Shown: piece by piece, positions 28,570 to 38,682 of the stretch
Numbering within the stretch: position 1 is the first letter of the stretch
Layout: every line of letters begins with the position of its first letter
Source: Nitrosopumilus sp.
Lineage (GTDB): Archaea > Thermoproteota > Nitrososphaeria > Nitrososphaerales > Nitrosopumilaceae
Direction of reading: 5' to 3'
NCBI GenBank assembly: GCA_965223425.1
Contig: OZ245003.1
Coordinates: 2,208,001 to 2,272,000 of the forward strand
Length of the DNA stretch: 64,000 nt
Translations under genes and position numbers: made by a program
The notes under the pieces: generated by a model
Told to the model about the DNA's origin: nothing
Seen by the model: the letters and a program-made list of their open reading frames with translations, nothing else
Databases searched by the model: none

Positions 28570-30198
28570 TTAATCAGGTAGTTTCACTTCAAAAGAAACT
28601 ATTGGCTCTCTAAGCTTAAAGTTGTCTTTGGTGGACTTGCTGATTTTGCCAACGATTCCGACAGCCTTTCCATCAATGGTGATGCTGGCAACGTGTCCCT
28701 TTTCAAAAGTTGGGTGAGCGGCAGTTTTAGTCTCGCAGGTTTTTCCAAATATTGATTGGACGGCAGACTGTAAGACAGATTTTATTTCACTAAAGTTTGC
28801 ATCTTTATGTGAACTTGCTGCACAAAGATGCGCTTCTTCGGCAATAGGATCGGATTTAGCAAAAACAGTTCCTATCTCAAACAATTTTTGCGGATATGAT
28901 TCATGAATATTTTTTGCCAGACTGTCAACTATTCCCGGAAGTAACGAATCTCTAAGAATCGTATGCTCAAGACTCTTAGAGTCCAAGACTGAGATAATTT
29001 TTGACGGGTCTCTTTGCGTATTGTCATAAAGGGTTCGCTTGCTTGCCAAGCTGGAGTTTAGTGCTTCCATGTAGCCTAACCCAGTCATCATAGAAGAGAT
29101 TGATTCCAGAGTAATCGAGTTTGGATGCTTTTGTCCAAGTGTTTGAGAAGGAGATAATGTGGGTTCAAGATTCTGAATTCCATAACCCAACGCAACTTCT
29201 TCTACCAAGTCCATTGGTCCAAAAATATCAAATCTATATGCGGGAATTGTGCAAATGATGCTGTTCTTGCCTTTGACTGATGCATCTAACCTAGATTTTT
29301 TCAGCGATGAAGCAATCTTAGAAGTGCTGAGATTCAAGCCCAGAGTTTGGTTGATCAGGACAGGATTTACAGACATTTTGTTTTGTTCAAGTTTTGGTGA
29401 AGAGTTCTTTGCACCAGAAATTCTAACTGATTCTAAAGTAAAACCTGCGCTTTGTAAAATAGTTGCAACGACTGAAAGCATGTCTTCAGCGTCCCCTTTA
29501 TTGATGCCAGTTACCTCAACGAACAGGTTTTTTGTTTTAGTTGTAACAGCAGTTACTGCTGCGTTAATTATTGGGGGAAAAGAGACGGCGTTTTGCTTTG
29601 CATCTAAAATTATAGGTACCTGGGCAGAATTTCCAAGTATAGAGCCATAATCCTTTCCCACATCAGTATTTTTTAGGATCTCAGATATTGAAAGTTCTTT
29701 GCCAGAGTTTAATGGAGTGAATTTGTAATTCCTATTAGTGGTTTTGTAAACTAGAGGAAAAGCAATCTTGTCTAAATCATGAATCCCTATTGATGATTTC
29801 TTTCTCTTTCTTCCCATTCCAAAATGAAGATCTTCCTGCAGAGTCATAAACTGGCTGATTGTTTTATCATCAATTTTTCCATTTTTAGCTACAATGCCAG
29901 TTACAAAGGGACGGATTTTCGATACATCGGACTTGACAGATATCAGATATTGGTTTGATTTTTTGACGTTGAGTTTAATTGCTCCGGTTTTGACTCGTAG
30001 CAATCCTTGCAATCCGAGTGCAATTCCAAAATCAGTTGAATAGTCAGGTCTGTTTGGACTGTATTCAATTCGGACCAGGTCTTTGTCTTCAGATTCGATA
30101 TCCAATCCAAGAAATGGCAGCATGTCAGAAATTTCTTTTTTTGTGACTCTGCCGACCAGTTTTTGAAGTCTGGTGTAAGATAATTCAACTACTGGCAT
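28570..30198 (-). CDS. pheT: phenylalanyl-tRNA synthetase beta subunit
   Basis: Start MPVVEL; PNRPD, SFPPIIN, YRFDIFGPMDLVEEVA. Confidence 0.95.
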   Translation of the reverse strand: MPVVELSYTRLQKLVGRVTKKEISDMLPFLGLDIESEDKDLVRIEYSPNRPDYSTDFGIALGLQGLLRVKTGAIKLNVKKSNQYLISVKSDVSKIRPFVTGIVAKNGKIDDKTISQFMTLQEDLHFGMGRKRKKSSIGIHDLDKIAFPLVYKTTNRNYKFTPLNSGKELSISEILKNTDVGKDYGSILGNSAQVPIILDAKQNAVSFPPIINAAVTAVTTKTKNLFVEVTGINKGDAEDMLSVVATILQSAGFTLESVRISGAKNSSPKLEQNKMSVNPVLINQTLGLNLSTSKIASSLKKSRLDASVKGKNSIICTIPAYRFDIFGPMDLVEEVALGYGIQNLEPTLSPSQTLGQKHPNSITLESISSMMTGLGYMEALNSSLASKRTLYDNTQRDPSKIISVLDSKSLEHTILRDSLLPGIVDSLAKNIHESYPQKLFEIGTVFAKSDPIAEEAHLCAASSHKDANFSEIKSVLQSAVQSIFGKTCETKTAAHPTFEKGHVASITIDGKAVGIVGKISKSTKDNFKLREPIVSFEVKLPD

Positions 30199-31577
30199 TT
30201 TCTGGCACTCCTCAGCCAACTCAGGTTGTTATTGTAAAATTCCCTAACATCATCAAGGCCATACTTTAACATGGCGATTCTTTCAATACCGCCACCCCAT
30301 GCCAGAACAGGTTTGGCGATACCAAGGGGTTGGGTCACTTCGGGTCTAAAAATTCCCATTCCAAATAATTCTACCCACTTTCCCAGTCTTTCATTGTACA
30401 CCATAGTTTGCAGTGATGGTTCTGTATACGGAAAAAATGTTGGCCAGAATTTTATTTTTGTAATTCCAATTCGTTTATAGAACTCCCGTTGAATTCCCAT
30501 TAAATTTCTCAAGTTAGCATCCTTTCCTGCAACAACCCCTTCAATTTGATTAAATTCCACAAGATGCTTGTAGCTGACTTTTTCATTTCTAAACACACGA
30601 CCCAATGAAAAAACTCTGGCCTCATCAGGTTTGGCTTCAGCCAGATGTTTGATGGTGACACAGGTTGTATGTGTTCGTAGAACCATCTTTTGCGCCTCAT
30701 TGATATCCCAATGATATCTCCAACTGCTTTTGTGGGATTCTGAAACTTTTCTAATCTGCGCAGGGGTCGCAATTTTTTTGGCAGACATGCCATCAAGATA
30801 AAATGTATCTTGTAATTCTCTTGCAGGGTGATCTTGGGGGGTAAATAGCGCATCAAAATTCCAAAAGCTCGGTTGAGCCAGATTGCCATTGATTTCAGAG
30901 AATCCCAACGTAACAAATATTTCACGAATTTCCTCAATAGTGTCTTTTAATGGATGGGTTCTTGCAACAAAAACTTCAGGTACCTTTGCTTCAACGTCTA
31001 TTGCCCCGGTAGATTCTAAAAGTTTTATTGATTTTGCAGAATCAGTTAGAGTGATTTCTTTGGTCTTTACAATGTCTTCAGTTATAAAATCAGGTCTTTT
31101 CAAAAGTCCCGATAAATCACTCCTGTCAATTTTTTCTCGAGGAAGTTTATTTTCTCCAATTTGTTTGAGGGTTTTTTCGCCTGGAAGTTCTGATGGTGAA
31201 TTCTTAAGTGTGATTTGTTCTGACGATGCTTCAACCCAATTGTTTTTTCTAGCCAAACCCATAGCAGCTCCAAAAACAGGGCCCAGTTCTTTTTGCAAGT
31301 CAGATAATTTGCCAGGACTGTCTTTGAGTAAATCTAGCAGTCGTCTTTCAGGTAGTCCTTTTTGCAAAGATTCAAGACCGTTTTTGCCCAAGCTGATGAT
31401 ACTGGCTTTTGACTCGTTGACAATTGCCAGATCTTTTAGTTTTAGCCATTCAATTCCACGTCTAATCTGATCTGAGGAAAGTTTTGTAGATTTTTCAAGA
31501 GTTTCAGGTGTCTGTTTCGGATTATCCTTTAGCGAGGCGATAATTTTTTTTTCAATATCATGAAAAACTTGTGACAA
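30189..31577 (-). CDS. pheS: phenylalanyl-tRNA synthetase alpha subunit
   Basis: FWNFDALFTPQDHPARELQDTF, LRTHTT, FFPYTEPS. Confidence 0.96.
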   Translation of the reverse strand: MSQVFHDIEKKIIASLKDNPKQTPETLEKSTKLSSDQIRRGIEWLKLKDLAIVNESKASIISLGKNGLESLQKGLPERRLLDLLKDSPGKLSDLQKELGPVFGAAMGLARKNNWVEASSEQITLKNSPSELPGEKTLKQIGENKLPREKIDRSDLSGLLKRPDFITEDIVKTKEITLTDSAKSIKLLESTGAIDVEAKVPEVFVARTHPLKDTIEEIREIFVTLGFSEINGNLAQPSFWNFDALFTPQDHPARELQDTFYLDGMSAKKIATPAQIRKVSESHKSSWRYHWDINEAQKMVLRTHTTCVTIKHLAEAKPDEARVFSLGRVFRNEKVSYKHLVEFNQIEGVVAGKDANLRNLMGIQREFYKRIGITKIKFWPTFFPYTEPSLQTMVYNERLGKWVELFGMGIFRPEVTQPLGIAKPVLAWGGGIERIAMLKYGLDDVREFYNNNLSWLRSARKCQ

Positions 31578-31627
31578 CAGTAAAAGTTCGAAAAAGACTT
31601 TTTAAACCTTAACCTAAGTCAATTTGA

Positions 31628-32740
31628 ATGTCATCTGATGACTTTATTGTAACCCCTTGGCATGTCGAAGGGGATATCGATTATGATAAATTGATCAAGA
31701 AATTCGGTACTGAAAAGATTTCGTCAGGGCTGCAAGACAGGATCAGGAAAAGTGCCGGCGAGGACCATTTCATGCTGAGGAGAGGCATTTTCTTCTCCCA
31801 CAGAGAAATGAACAGGATTCTTGATGATTATGAAAAAGGTGACAAATTCTTTCTATACACTGGAAGAGGGCCTTCTGGACATACTCATATTGGCCATTTG
31901 GTGCCATGGGTTTTTACAAAGTGGCTACAAGAAAAATTTGATGTCAACATGTATTTTCAAATAACAGATGATGAAAAATTTTATTCAAAACCCAATCTAA
32001 CATTAGAGGAAGCTGGAAAATTTGCATATGAGAATGCGTTAGACTTTATTGCGCTGGGTTTCAGACCAGAAAAAACAAAAATCATCATCAACACGAAAAA
32101 CATTCAAACCTTATACCCAATTGCAGCTCAAGTGGCAAAAAAAATTAATTTTTCAAACACAAAGGCAACATTTGGATTTACAAATGAAACAAATCTTGGT
32201 ATGATTTTTTACACATCACTACAGTCAGCACCATGTTTTATTGAAGACAAACCAGTTTTGATTCCATTAGGAGTAGACCAAGATCCCCACTTTAGGTTAA
32301 CAAGAGACATTGCACCAAAGATTGGAAAGCCAAAACCAGCACTAATTCACAACATAATGACTCCGGCCTTGGAAGGACCGGGTGGAAAAATGTCAGCTTC
32401 GGATGAAAACGGTACGGTATACACAACTGATGCGCCAGATGTAGTAAAAAAGAAAATCAACAAGTATGCATTTTCAGGTGGTCAGCCAGATATTGAAGAG
32501 CATAGAAAGCTTGGAGGGAATCCAGACATTGATGTTTCATATCAGTATCTAAGAATATTTTTTGAGCCAGACGACAACAAACTAAGATCAATTTATGATG
32601 ATTACAAATCTGGAAAACTACTCTCAGGGGAACTAAAAGCAATTCTAATTGAAAAAATTAACGAGTTCCTTGCAGTTCATCAAGAAAAAAGAGAAAAAGC
32701 AAAAAACCAGATAGGACAATTTCTTTTTGAAAATAAATGA
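31628..32740 (+). CDS. trpS: tryptophanyl-tRNA synthetase
   Basis: YTGRGPS, HIGH, DQDPHFR, KMSAS, AFSGG. Confidence 0.96.
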   Translation: MSSDDFIVTPWHVEGDIDYDKLIKKFGTEKISSGLQDRIRKSAGEDHFMLRRGIFFSHREMNRILDDYEKGDKFFLYTGRGPSGHTHIGHLVPWVFTKWLQEKFDVNMYFQITDDEKFYSKPNLTLEEAGKFAYENALDFIALGFRPEKTKIIINTKNIQTLYPIAAQVAKKINFSNTKATFGFTNETNLGMIFYTSLQSAPCFIEDKPVLIPLGVDQDPHFRLTRDIAPKIGKPKPALIHNIMTPALEGPGGKMSASDENGTVYTTDAPDVVKKKINKYAFSGGQPDIEEHRKLGGNPDIDVSYQYLRIFFEPDDNKLRSIYDDYKSGKLLSGELKAILIEKINEFLAVHQEKREKAKNQIGQFLFENK

Positions 32741-33018
32741 AGATTAGTGTCTCGTGCAATGACAAATATGAAGCTCAGAAACTAGCTAGTTTAATTTTCA
32801 TACAGGATGGGAAAGAAACCCACATCACATCAATTCTTAACGTGGTTGAAAATGAATTGGTAATTTCGCTAAAAGACAAATCTGCCCACAGCATTGTACT
32901 CAAAGATAAGGAAAATGTTGAAAACTTTGCAGACTTTATCCAATCAGTATTTGATAAGGAACACAGACTAGTTTCCACTAAAATTTCAGAGCATAGCGTA
33001 GAAATTGTGAAGGAGTGA
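32737..33018 (+). CDS. hypothetical protein
   Basis: 93-aa ORF overlapping the trpS stop. Confidence 0.75.
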   Translation: MKISVSCNDKYEAQKLASLIFIQDGKETHITSILNVVENELVISLKDKSAHSIVLKDKENVENFADFIQSVFDKEHRLVSTKISEHSVEIVKE

Positions 33019-33020
33019 AT

Positions 33021-33104
33021 CTATAACCCTAAAACAAGATAGAGCAATACAATTCCAACCATAGCAATCATAGATATTCCTAATGCCTTAAAGTCACCAT
33101 TCAT
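33021..33104 (-). CDS. putative 27-aa single-pass membrane peptide
   Basis: MNGDFKALGISMIAMVGIVLLYLVLGL; TATA-like TTATAAT upstream. Confidence 0.45.
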   Translation of the reverse strand: MNGDFKALGISMIAMVGIVLLYLVLGL

Positions 33105-33168
33105 GATTCGATTTCAAAATTATTATAATTAAAGTGTTAATAAATTCCCAAAGATGATTTTAATGATA

Positions 33169-34106
33169 TCATCGAGGAAAACGTCTATTCTTTTTCTGTT
33201 TAGATTTTGGTTTGTCTTCTCTTGGCTTTGATATGGGTTGTCTGATTTCGTTACAGTTCAAGCATAACACATCAAGTTCTTCCCTAGCAAGTTCCGGTTC
33301 TGAAATATATTTTCCCCAGGAAGATGCTGCCCCTCCACGTCTGATATCATCAAAAGATTCAGTGTCATATTTGTGACTGAATCCTAGGGCTTTTTCATCC
33401 TTGAATCCACAGTTAGAACAAACTTTTCCGCCTAAGATCTCAAATAATTTTTCTTTTAAAGATGCGTAGAATTTTTCTGAGCCATCAGAAAAGAAACTTT
33501 CTCGTTTTTTCAAAAATTTATCATTGGCTGATCTTCTAGGTCTAGAATCGTCTCTACTTGAACGTGAGTTCCTATCATTTCTAGAACTCCTAGAACGTCT
33601 ATCATCTCTGGAGTATCTTGAATCCCTGTCGTTTCTAGAATATCTGTCGTTTCTAGAATATCTGTCGTTTCCTGAATCTGGTTTGTTTTGTCTAAAACAG
33701 TCGCTACAATATACAGGTCTATCAGTTCTTGGAACAAATGGAACTTTGCACTCAGTACCACAGTCAGCACAAGTTACAGCTGCAGATTCTTTCTTCTATC
33801 ATCTCTGGAGTATCTTGAATCCCTGTCGTTTCTAGAATATCTGTCGTTTCTAGAATATCTGTCGTTTCCTGAATCTGGTTTGTTTTGTCTAAAACAGTCG
33901 CTACAATATACAGGTCTATCAGTTCTTGGAACAAATGGAACTTTGCACTCAGTACCACAGTCAGCACAAGTTACAGCTGCAGATTCTTTTCTTCTATCAT
34001 CTCTGGAGTATCTTGAGTTTCTAAAAGAGCGAGATGGCTCATTATCGAGATTGGGGTTTCTTCTGGATTTTTTTCTATCAGAATACTTTGATTTGTAGAA
34101 CTCCAT
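33169..34106 (-). pseudogene. CxxC-x17-CxxC zinc-ribbon, RD-rich protein with internal duplication and 1-bp frameshift
   Basis: TCADCGTECKVPFVPRTDRPVYCSDCF domain encoded twice; frame break near 33790 links ORFs 33774..34106 and 33169..33513 (could be a sequencing error). Confidence 0.75.
33599..34016. repeat. tandem duplication, units of 197 and 198 bp
   Basis: CTATCATCTCTGGAGTATCTTGA recurs at 33599, 33796 and 33994. Confidence 0.9.
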
Positions 34107-34176
34107 TGTACTGAATTCTAAATTTATTGGATATAGATAGTTAGAGGTTTAATTTGTGCCTAAAACAAAAAATTGC

Positions 34177-34515
34177 TCAAACAAGGGATTTATCCATTTC
34201 AACTGACATTATCTCTTGAACTTTGAGAAAATAGAGTTTTGTTGAATATGGCATCTGGTCTAAATTATTATCAACTGCGATCATAAAGTATCTGACTGCG
34301 CGCTTTGAAATGTCCAAATTAAACTTCATTGTAAGTGTAGGATCTTGATGAACCTTGATTTTGTCCTCAAGCCAAGGTGGCGCCATCTCAATTGTCTCCT
34401 TGATAATCTTATCATGCCAAAACGAAAGATTTTCAGGTTGGAGTCCCTGTTTTAGATTTGAGACATCAGTATCAATTACTTTCATCATATGGTTGATGAT
34501 TGCCATCATGCTCAA
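34177..34515 (-). CDS. conserved hypothetical protein
   Basis: 112-aa ORF. Confidence 0.7.
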   Translation of the reverse strand: MSMMAIINHMMKVIDTDVSNLKQGLQPENLSFWHDKIIKETIEMAPPWLEDKIKVHQDPTLTMKFNLDISKRAVRYFMIAVDNNLDQMPYSTKLYFLKVQEIMSVEMDKSLV

Positions 34516-34561
34516 TTCTAGAATTCTGTTTTATTCCAATCACTCAAAGTTAGACAAGCTG

Positions 34562-35035
34562 TTAGTCAATTGATAACAAGTTTCCCTCTGTGTCAACCTC
34601 AGAGTTTTTGATGCGAGTTGTAGATATTCTTGTGCCGTCTTTGGCCAAAAACATTGGCACTGTTATAACTTTAACAGGAGGCAATTTCTTTTCTGCTCGA
34701 AGTTGGTTTAGAACATCCCCCTGATTACTTGTTTCACCGCTAACTACCAAGGCCTCCACACCTCTCTCCAAAACTGCAGGGCCAAAGTCATTATCTAGTT
34801 TGCTAATTTGAAATGAGGCGTCTGGGAACCCTTTCAAAAGAGTTTCAGTCAGGTTTTCAAGTCGCTTTTCATATTTGTTGGTTGGAATTTTTCCTTTTTT
34901 TGCAGCTAGTTCATCACTAGTTAGTCCAATTATTACTTTATCAGAAACTGCAAACGCGTCTGAAAGCAAAGTAAGATGGCCGCGATGGATGATATCAAAT
35001 GTGCCGCCGGTTGCAACCAGAGAGAATTCAGGCAT
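34562..35035 (-). CDS. coaD: phosphopantetheine adenylyltransferase
   Basis: GGTFDIIHRGH, GLTSD, ISTTRIK. Confidence 0.9.
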   Translation of the reverse strand: MPEFSLVATGGTFDIIHRGHLTLLSDAFAVSDKVIIGLTSDELAAKKGKIPTNKYEKRLENLTETLLKGFPDASFQISKLDNDFGPAVLERGVEALVVSGETSNQGDVLNQLRAEKKLPPVKVITVPMFLAKDGTRISTTRIKNSEVDTEGNLLSID

Positions 35036-35069
35036 GCATTGTTATAGAATTCTTTGAAAATAAGTCCTA

Positions 35070-36137
35070 CTAGGTTACCAGAATTAAGACAAAGGGACCT
35101 TGTTCTGCTATTGGAATGTTGCTTCTATCCCAGACAAACGTCTCGATGAAGAATAGTCCCTTTTTTTCTGGAATCCAGTCTATGCTTTGAGATTCAGTCC
35201 CCGTTCCAATGAATCGTCCATCAAACTTTCCAAGATATTCAACCTTGGGGGACTGCCCGGACTCTTTGACTTGAACATAGTAGGTATATGCTGTTTCGTT
35301 GGATTTTTGGTCTGCTGCAAACTGTATCCAGATATTGCTTTTCAAGTTTACAGTAGAACCCATTTTAATTTCAGATAATTGCCGTCCCATGTTATCTTCT
35401 ACAGTAACATCAGAAATTGTAGCTAGCTTTGTAAGAATTTGAGAGGGTGGAAGTTCCACATTCACAAAATCAGAATAAAAGATATCAGATTCAGAAAACA
35501 GCAAAAATCCTACGGCTCTGGCATCAATTGGTTCATCAAACTCAAATGATACTTTGGTATCTGGTTGCACATCGCCTAGTTCAATTGTAGATACTCCCAA
35601 GATTCGCGGAGGCTCAAATCCATCATAAAAGGCAAGGTAGACATTGGTATCAAAATTTGGAGCTCCCCCATTTTGTAAAATCCCAGAAAAGTGCAATGAT
35701 GTGTCCAAAGTAACCCCGGTAGAAGATACAGTCAGTCCTTTTTCTTTTGATCCTGAAGAACCAAATCCCAGAATGGATACGGAGGCCTGAGTGATGTCAG
35801 GGTTTGGTGAGGCAGAACGTATTGCAAATGGAGACTGTCCGTTTGGCGGAATTACTTCAAGCGTTGTTCTGCCTTCATTGACTTCAAGTGGGTTAGGATC
35901 AGAGTCACCAAAAAAAATAACTTGAACCCTGACATTAGTTATTGGCGTTAAGGAATCGTTGTTTTTGACTTCGCCGACTACAACAGTATATCCTTCAGAA
36001 TCCTGATAGACAAATGGAAAGTCATTTACCAGAGATGCAGAAAGGGTTGAAACATTGTCTGAATATTCTTGAGAGAATCCCTGTGAAAATGGAATTAACA
36101 ATAAAATCAAAAATCCACTTGAAACGAATTTCTTCAT
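35070..36137 (-). CDS. secreted hypothetical protein (Ig-like domains)
   Basis: Likely start MKKFVSSGFLILLLIPF (signal peptide); VVGEVKN motif. Confidence 0.8.
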   Translation of the reverse strand: MKKFVSSGFLILLLIPFSQGFSQEYSDNVSTLSASLVNDFPFVYQDSEGYTVVVGEVKNNDSLTPITNVRVQVIFFGDSDPNPLEVNEGRTTLEVIPPNGQSPFAIRSASPNPDITQASVSILGFGSSGSKEKGLTVSSTGVTLDTSLHFSGILQNGGAPNFDTNVYLAFYDGFEPPRILGVSTIELGDVQPDTKVSFEFDEPIDARAVGFLLFSESDIFYSDFVNVELPPSQILTKLATISDVTVEDNMGRQLSEIKMGSTVNLKSNIWIQFAADQKSNETAYTYYVQVKESGQSPKVEYLGKFDGRFIGTGTESQSIDWIPEKKGLFFIETFVWDRSNIPIAEQGPFVLILVT

Positions 36138-36269
36138 ATGAATTTCTACGGAATGGCAGGTTAATTTTGTGTAACATACCATATAGTCAACAAGAGAGGT
36201 AACAAGGTTTCACCTATAGCTAGTACTACGTAGGGGATAATAAAAAGAGATTAAAAATAGATGTAAATT

Positions 36270-36371
36270 TTATTTTCTCTTTGCAGTGATTGCTAACCAG
36301 TAAATCAAACCTGGAGCTAAACCAACAATGAGTGGAATCCATACAGGCCATCCGTCTGCTGCGCTTACCAT
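36270..36371 (-). CDS. putative 33-aa membrane peptide
   Basis: MVSAADGWPVWIPLIVGLAPGLIYWLAITAKRK; TTTAAATA box ~25 nt upstream; T-rich 3' tract. Confidence 0.6.
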   Translation of the reverse strand: MVSAADGWPVWIPLIVGLAPGLIYWLAITAKRK

Positions 36372-36446
36372 AGAAGAAAACCGAAACTTATCCTATTTAA
36401 ATCCATCCAGCAATTGGAATTTCAACGTAGATCGGATAATTAAAGG

Positions 36447-36520
36447 TGGACCGGACGGAATTTGAATCCGTGACCCCCCGCGTGCAAGGCGGGTATACTA
36501 CCAGGCTATACTACCGGCCC
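36447..36520 (-). tRNA. tRNA-Ala(TGC)
   Basis: GGGCCGG acceptor, anticodon arm CCCGC-CTTGCAC-GCGGG, TTCAAAT T-loop. Confidence 0.93.
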
Positions 36521-36602
36521 CCCATGAAGAAGGGACAATGTGTGGATTTTAATTGTTGTCTTCTTGGCAAGGATTTTATTTGAAACCAAGACTGTTTCTC
36601 TC

Positions 36603-37157
36603 ATGGTACTTTTAGAATCTCAAGTTATGCTAAAGCCAGGAGATGCTGCTCCGGGTTTTGAACTGCTTGGAATTGACGGCAAAAAACATTCTCTAAATGA
36701 CTACAGCGAGTCCAAGGGATTTCTAATAATTTTCATGTGCAACCATTGTCCATATGTAAAGGCAAAAGCAGGTGCGCTAAATGAGCTCTATGAAAAATTT
36801 GGAAATGAGATTGCCATCGTAGGAATTAACAGCAACGACTCTACGGATTATCCTGAAGACAGTTTTGATGCAATGAAACAAACAGCAAAAGAGAAAGGGT
36901 TTGGATTTGATTATCTGGTTGATGAGACACAAGAGGTTGCCAGAAAATATGGCGCAATGTGTACTCCAGACCCATTTTTATTCAATGGCCAAAAACAACT
37001 AGTCTTTCATGGAAGAATTGACAATGCCATGAAGCCAGATGATGAAGCTACCGAAAAGACAATGATTAACAACATACAAAAATTACTGTCCGGCAAAAAA
37101 ATTGAAAAAGATTTTGACCCATCAATTGGTTGCTCAATCAAGTGGAAAGAAAATTAG
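36603..37157 (+). CDS. thioredoxin-family (AhpC/TSA-like) protein
   Basis: FMCNHCPYV, INSND, CTPDPF, GRIDN, SIGCSIKW. Confidence 0.9.
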   Translation: MVLLESQVMLKPGDAAPGFELLGIDGKKHSLNDYSESKGFLIIFMCNHCPYVKAKAGALNELYEKFGNEIAIVGINSNDSTDYPEDSFDAMKQTAKEKGFGFDYLVDETQEVARKYGAMCTPDPFLFNGQKQLVFHGRIDNAMKPDDEATEKTMINNIQKLLSGKKIEKDFDPSIGCSIKWKEN

Positions 37158-37190
37158 ACTTAAATGACTCTGGCCTAGAGAATTGTTCGT

Positions 37191-37265
37191 GGGCTCGTAG
37201 CTCAGCTTGGCTGGAGCGTTCGACTGATAATCGAAAGGTCATGTGTTCGAATCACATCGGGCCCA
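37191..37265 (+). tRNA. tRNA-Ile(GAT)
   Basis: GGGCTCG/CGGGCCC acceptor, TTCGA-CTGATAA-TCGAA anticodon arm. Confidence 0.95.
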
Positions 37266-37275
37266 TTTCCGATTA

Positions 37276-38169
37276 TTATTTGATATTTTCAGATATGGTT
37301 TGAGACCACTGTAAGATGTCATCTAGTTTTTCAGATAACAAGTCAGAATCAATTTTGGTTTTTTTAGATACCTTTCCACAAAGTGCCAATTTCATACGTT
37401 TTCCAGATTTTTCTCGGATTGGATTGATCGAGTCTGCAAAAAAGTTCAGCCCCTCACCGGTTTGTGAGAACACAGCTACTACCAAAACCCCTGGTTTTTG
37501 TTTCCAAACTTTTCCAACTAATTTTTGAAAATCAAGATCAAACAAGACATTGATTACAGAAGACATATCCCCCAAATGAAAAACCTTCCAGCCATCAGAA
37601 TGATATGCAGCAGACGCAGCTTCAGAGACGAGCAAACTTTGGGCATCAGATGCAATTACAACTACATTCTTTTTTGGATCAGATACGACCTGAAGCTGAT
37701 TAAAAATTTGAAGAGATTTTGAAATTGTGGTTTTAAGGAGATTTTGCTCAGCTGTTCCAATCTTTCCCTCATCATACAAATCCTGAACAGAGTTGATGGC
37801 AGGCACAACTACTTCCAGTATCAAACGATTGGCTGTAGCCCCCGAATGTATGCAGTTACGAATTAGGGAGTAGACTTGGTCTTGGGTTCCTTTGATCAAG
37901 CCATTAAGATACTGTGACGATATTTTGAAATAGTCATCAGGAAAGTTGTAGGACTCTTGTCCTGGTTCTAAAAACCACAAAGTAATGTTTCCAATATTTT
38001 TTTGTCGTAGCAATCCTTCGGCTGCAAAAACCTTGAGATACTTTGTCATGGTAATCCTGTTGACACCGACTTTTTCAGAAATCTCAACTCCTGACATTCC
38101 TGTCTCAGAACCCTCCAGAGATGAAATCAGTTTTTGCCTAATCTCTTCAGTCGAATAGCCTCGTCCCAT
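37276..38169 (-). CDS. winged-helix transcriptional regulator with B12-binding-like domain
   Basis: N-terminal HTH (SGVEISEKVGVNRITMTKYL); V.DLYDEGKIGTAEQ cap-domain motif. Confidence 0.8.
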   Translation of the reverse strand: MGRGYSTEEIRQKLISSLEGSETGMSGVEISEKVGVNRITMTKYLKVFAAEGLLRQKNIGNITLWFLEPGQESYNFPDDYFKISSQYLNGLIKGTQDQVYSLIRNCIHSGATANRLILEVVVPAINSVQDLYDEGKIGTAEQNLLKTTISKSLQIFNQLQVVSDPKKNVVVIASDAQSLLVSEAASAAYHSDGWKVFHLGDMSSVINVLFDLDFQKLVGKVWKQKPGVLVVAVFSQTGEGLNFFADSINPIREKSGKRMKLALCGKVSKKTKIDSDLLSEKLDDILQWSQTISENIK

Positions 38170-38288
38170 AGTGGTCTTGGACTAGGGTATCGTATAAAGA
38201 CTAATTTTCATTCACACAAACTTGCCTGTTTTTTAAAATAAAACATTATATACTTTGGTACCTTAATGTACGGTAAGGAAAAAGTAAA

Positions 38289-38675
38289 TTGCCAAAAGCC
38301 GGATTCAAATCAATCACCGTCTCAGAGACAGTCTATGATAAATTCAACGAGGTTTATCAAAAGAGTAAAGACGACTTGGCAATGAAGGGCGTCAACAGCT
38401 TTTCAGGTTATGTAACTTACATGTTAGAGGAGATGATGCAAAAGGACAAGACCTTTGCAAGATATGCTCCAAAGATAGAAAAGGTTTCTGTCGATGATGA
38501 CCGCATTATACTAAAAGACAATATCAAAAATAGAATTGCAGAAGTTGCAGTTCAGAAAGGAGAGTTGTTCTGTCAGCTCTGTGATGAGAAAGATTGCGTA
38601 CATGTTGGATTTGTCTGGTCTATACCAGAGGTCTACGAAGTTCTAAACGCTAGAGGAATCAGGCATCCAAAATAG
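38289..38675 (+). CDS. conserved hypothetical protein (RHH-like N-terminus, C-terminal Zn finger)
   Basis: FKSITVSETVYDK; CQLCDEKDCVH. Confidence 0.8.
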   Translation: MPKAGFKSITVSETVYDKFNEVYQKSKDDLAMKGVNSFSGYVTYMLEEMMQKDKTFARYAPKIEKVSVDDDRIILKDNIKNRIAEVAVQKGELFCQLCDEKDCVHVGFVWSIPEVYEVLNARGIRHPK

Positions 38676-38682
38676 TTGTGTA

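Noticed and set aside
33599-34016. CRISPR-like appearance of short repeats
   Set aside because: Repeats are coding (SRNDRY units) and the intervening sequence is itself duplicated; no unique spacers or cas genes.
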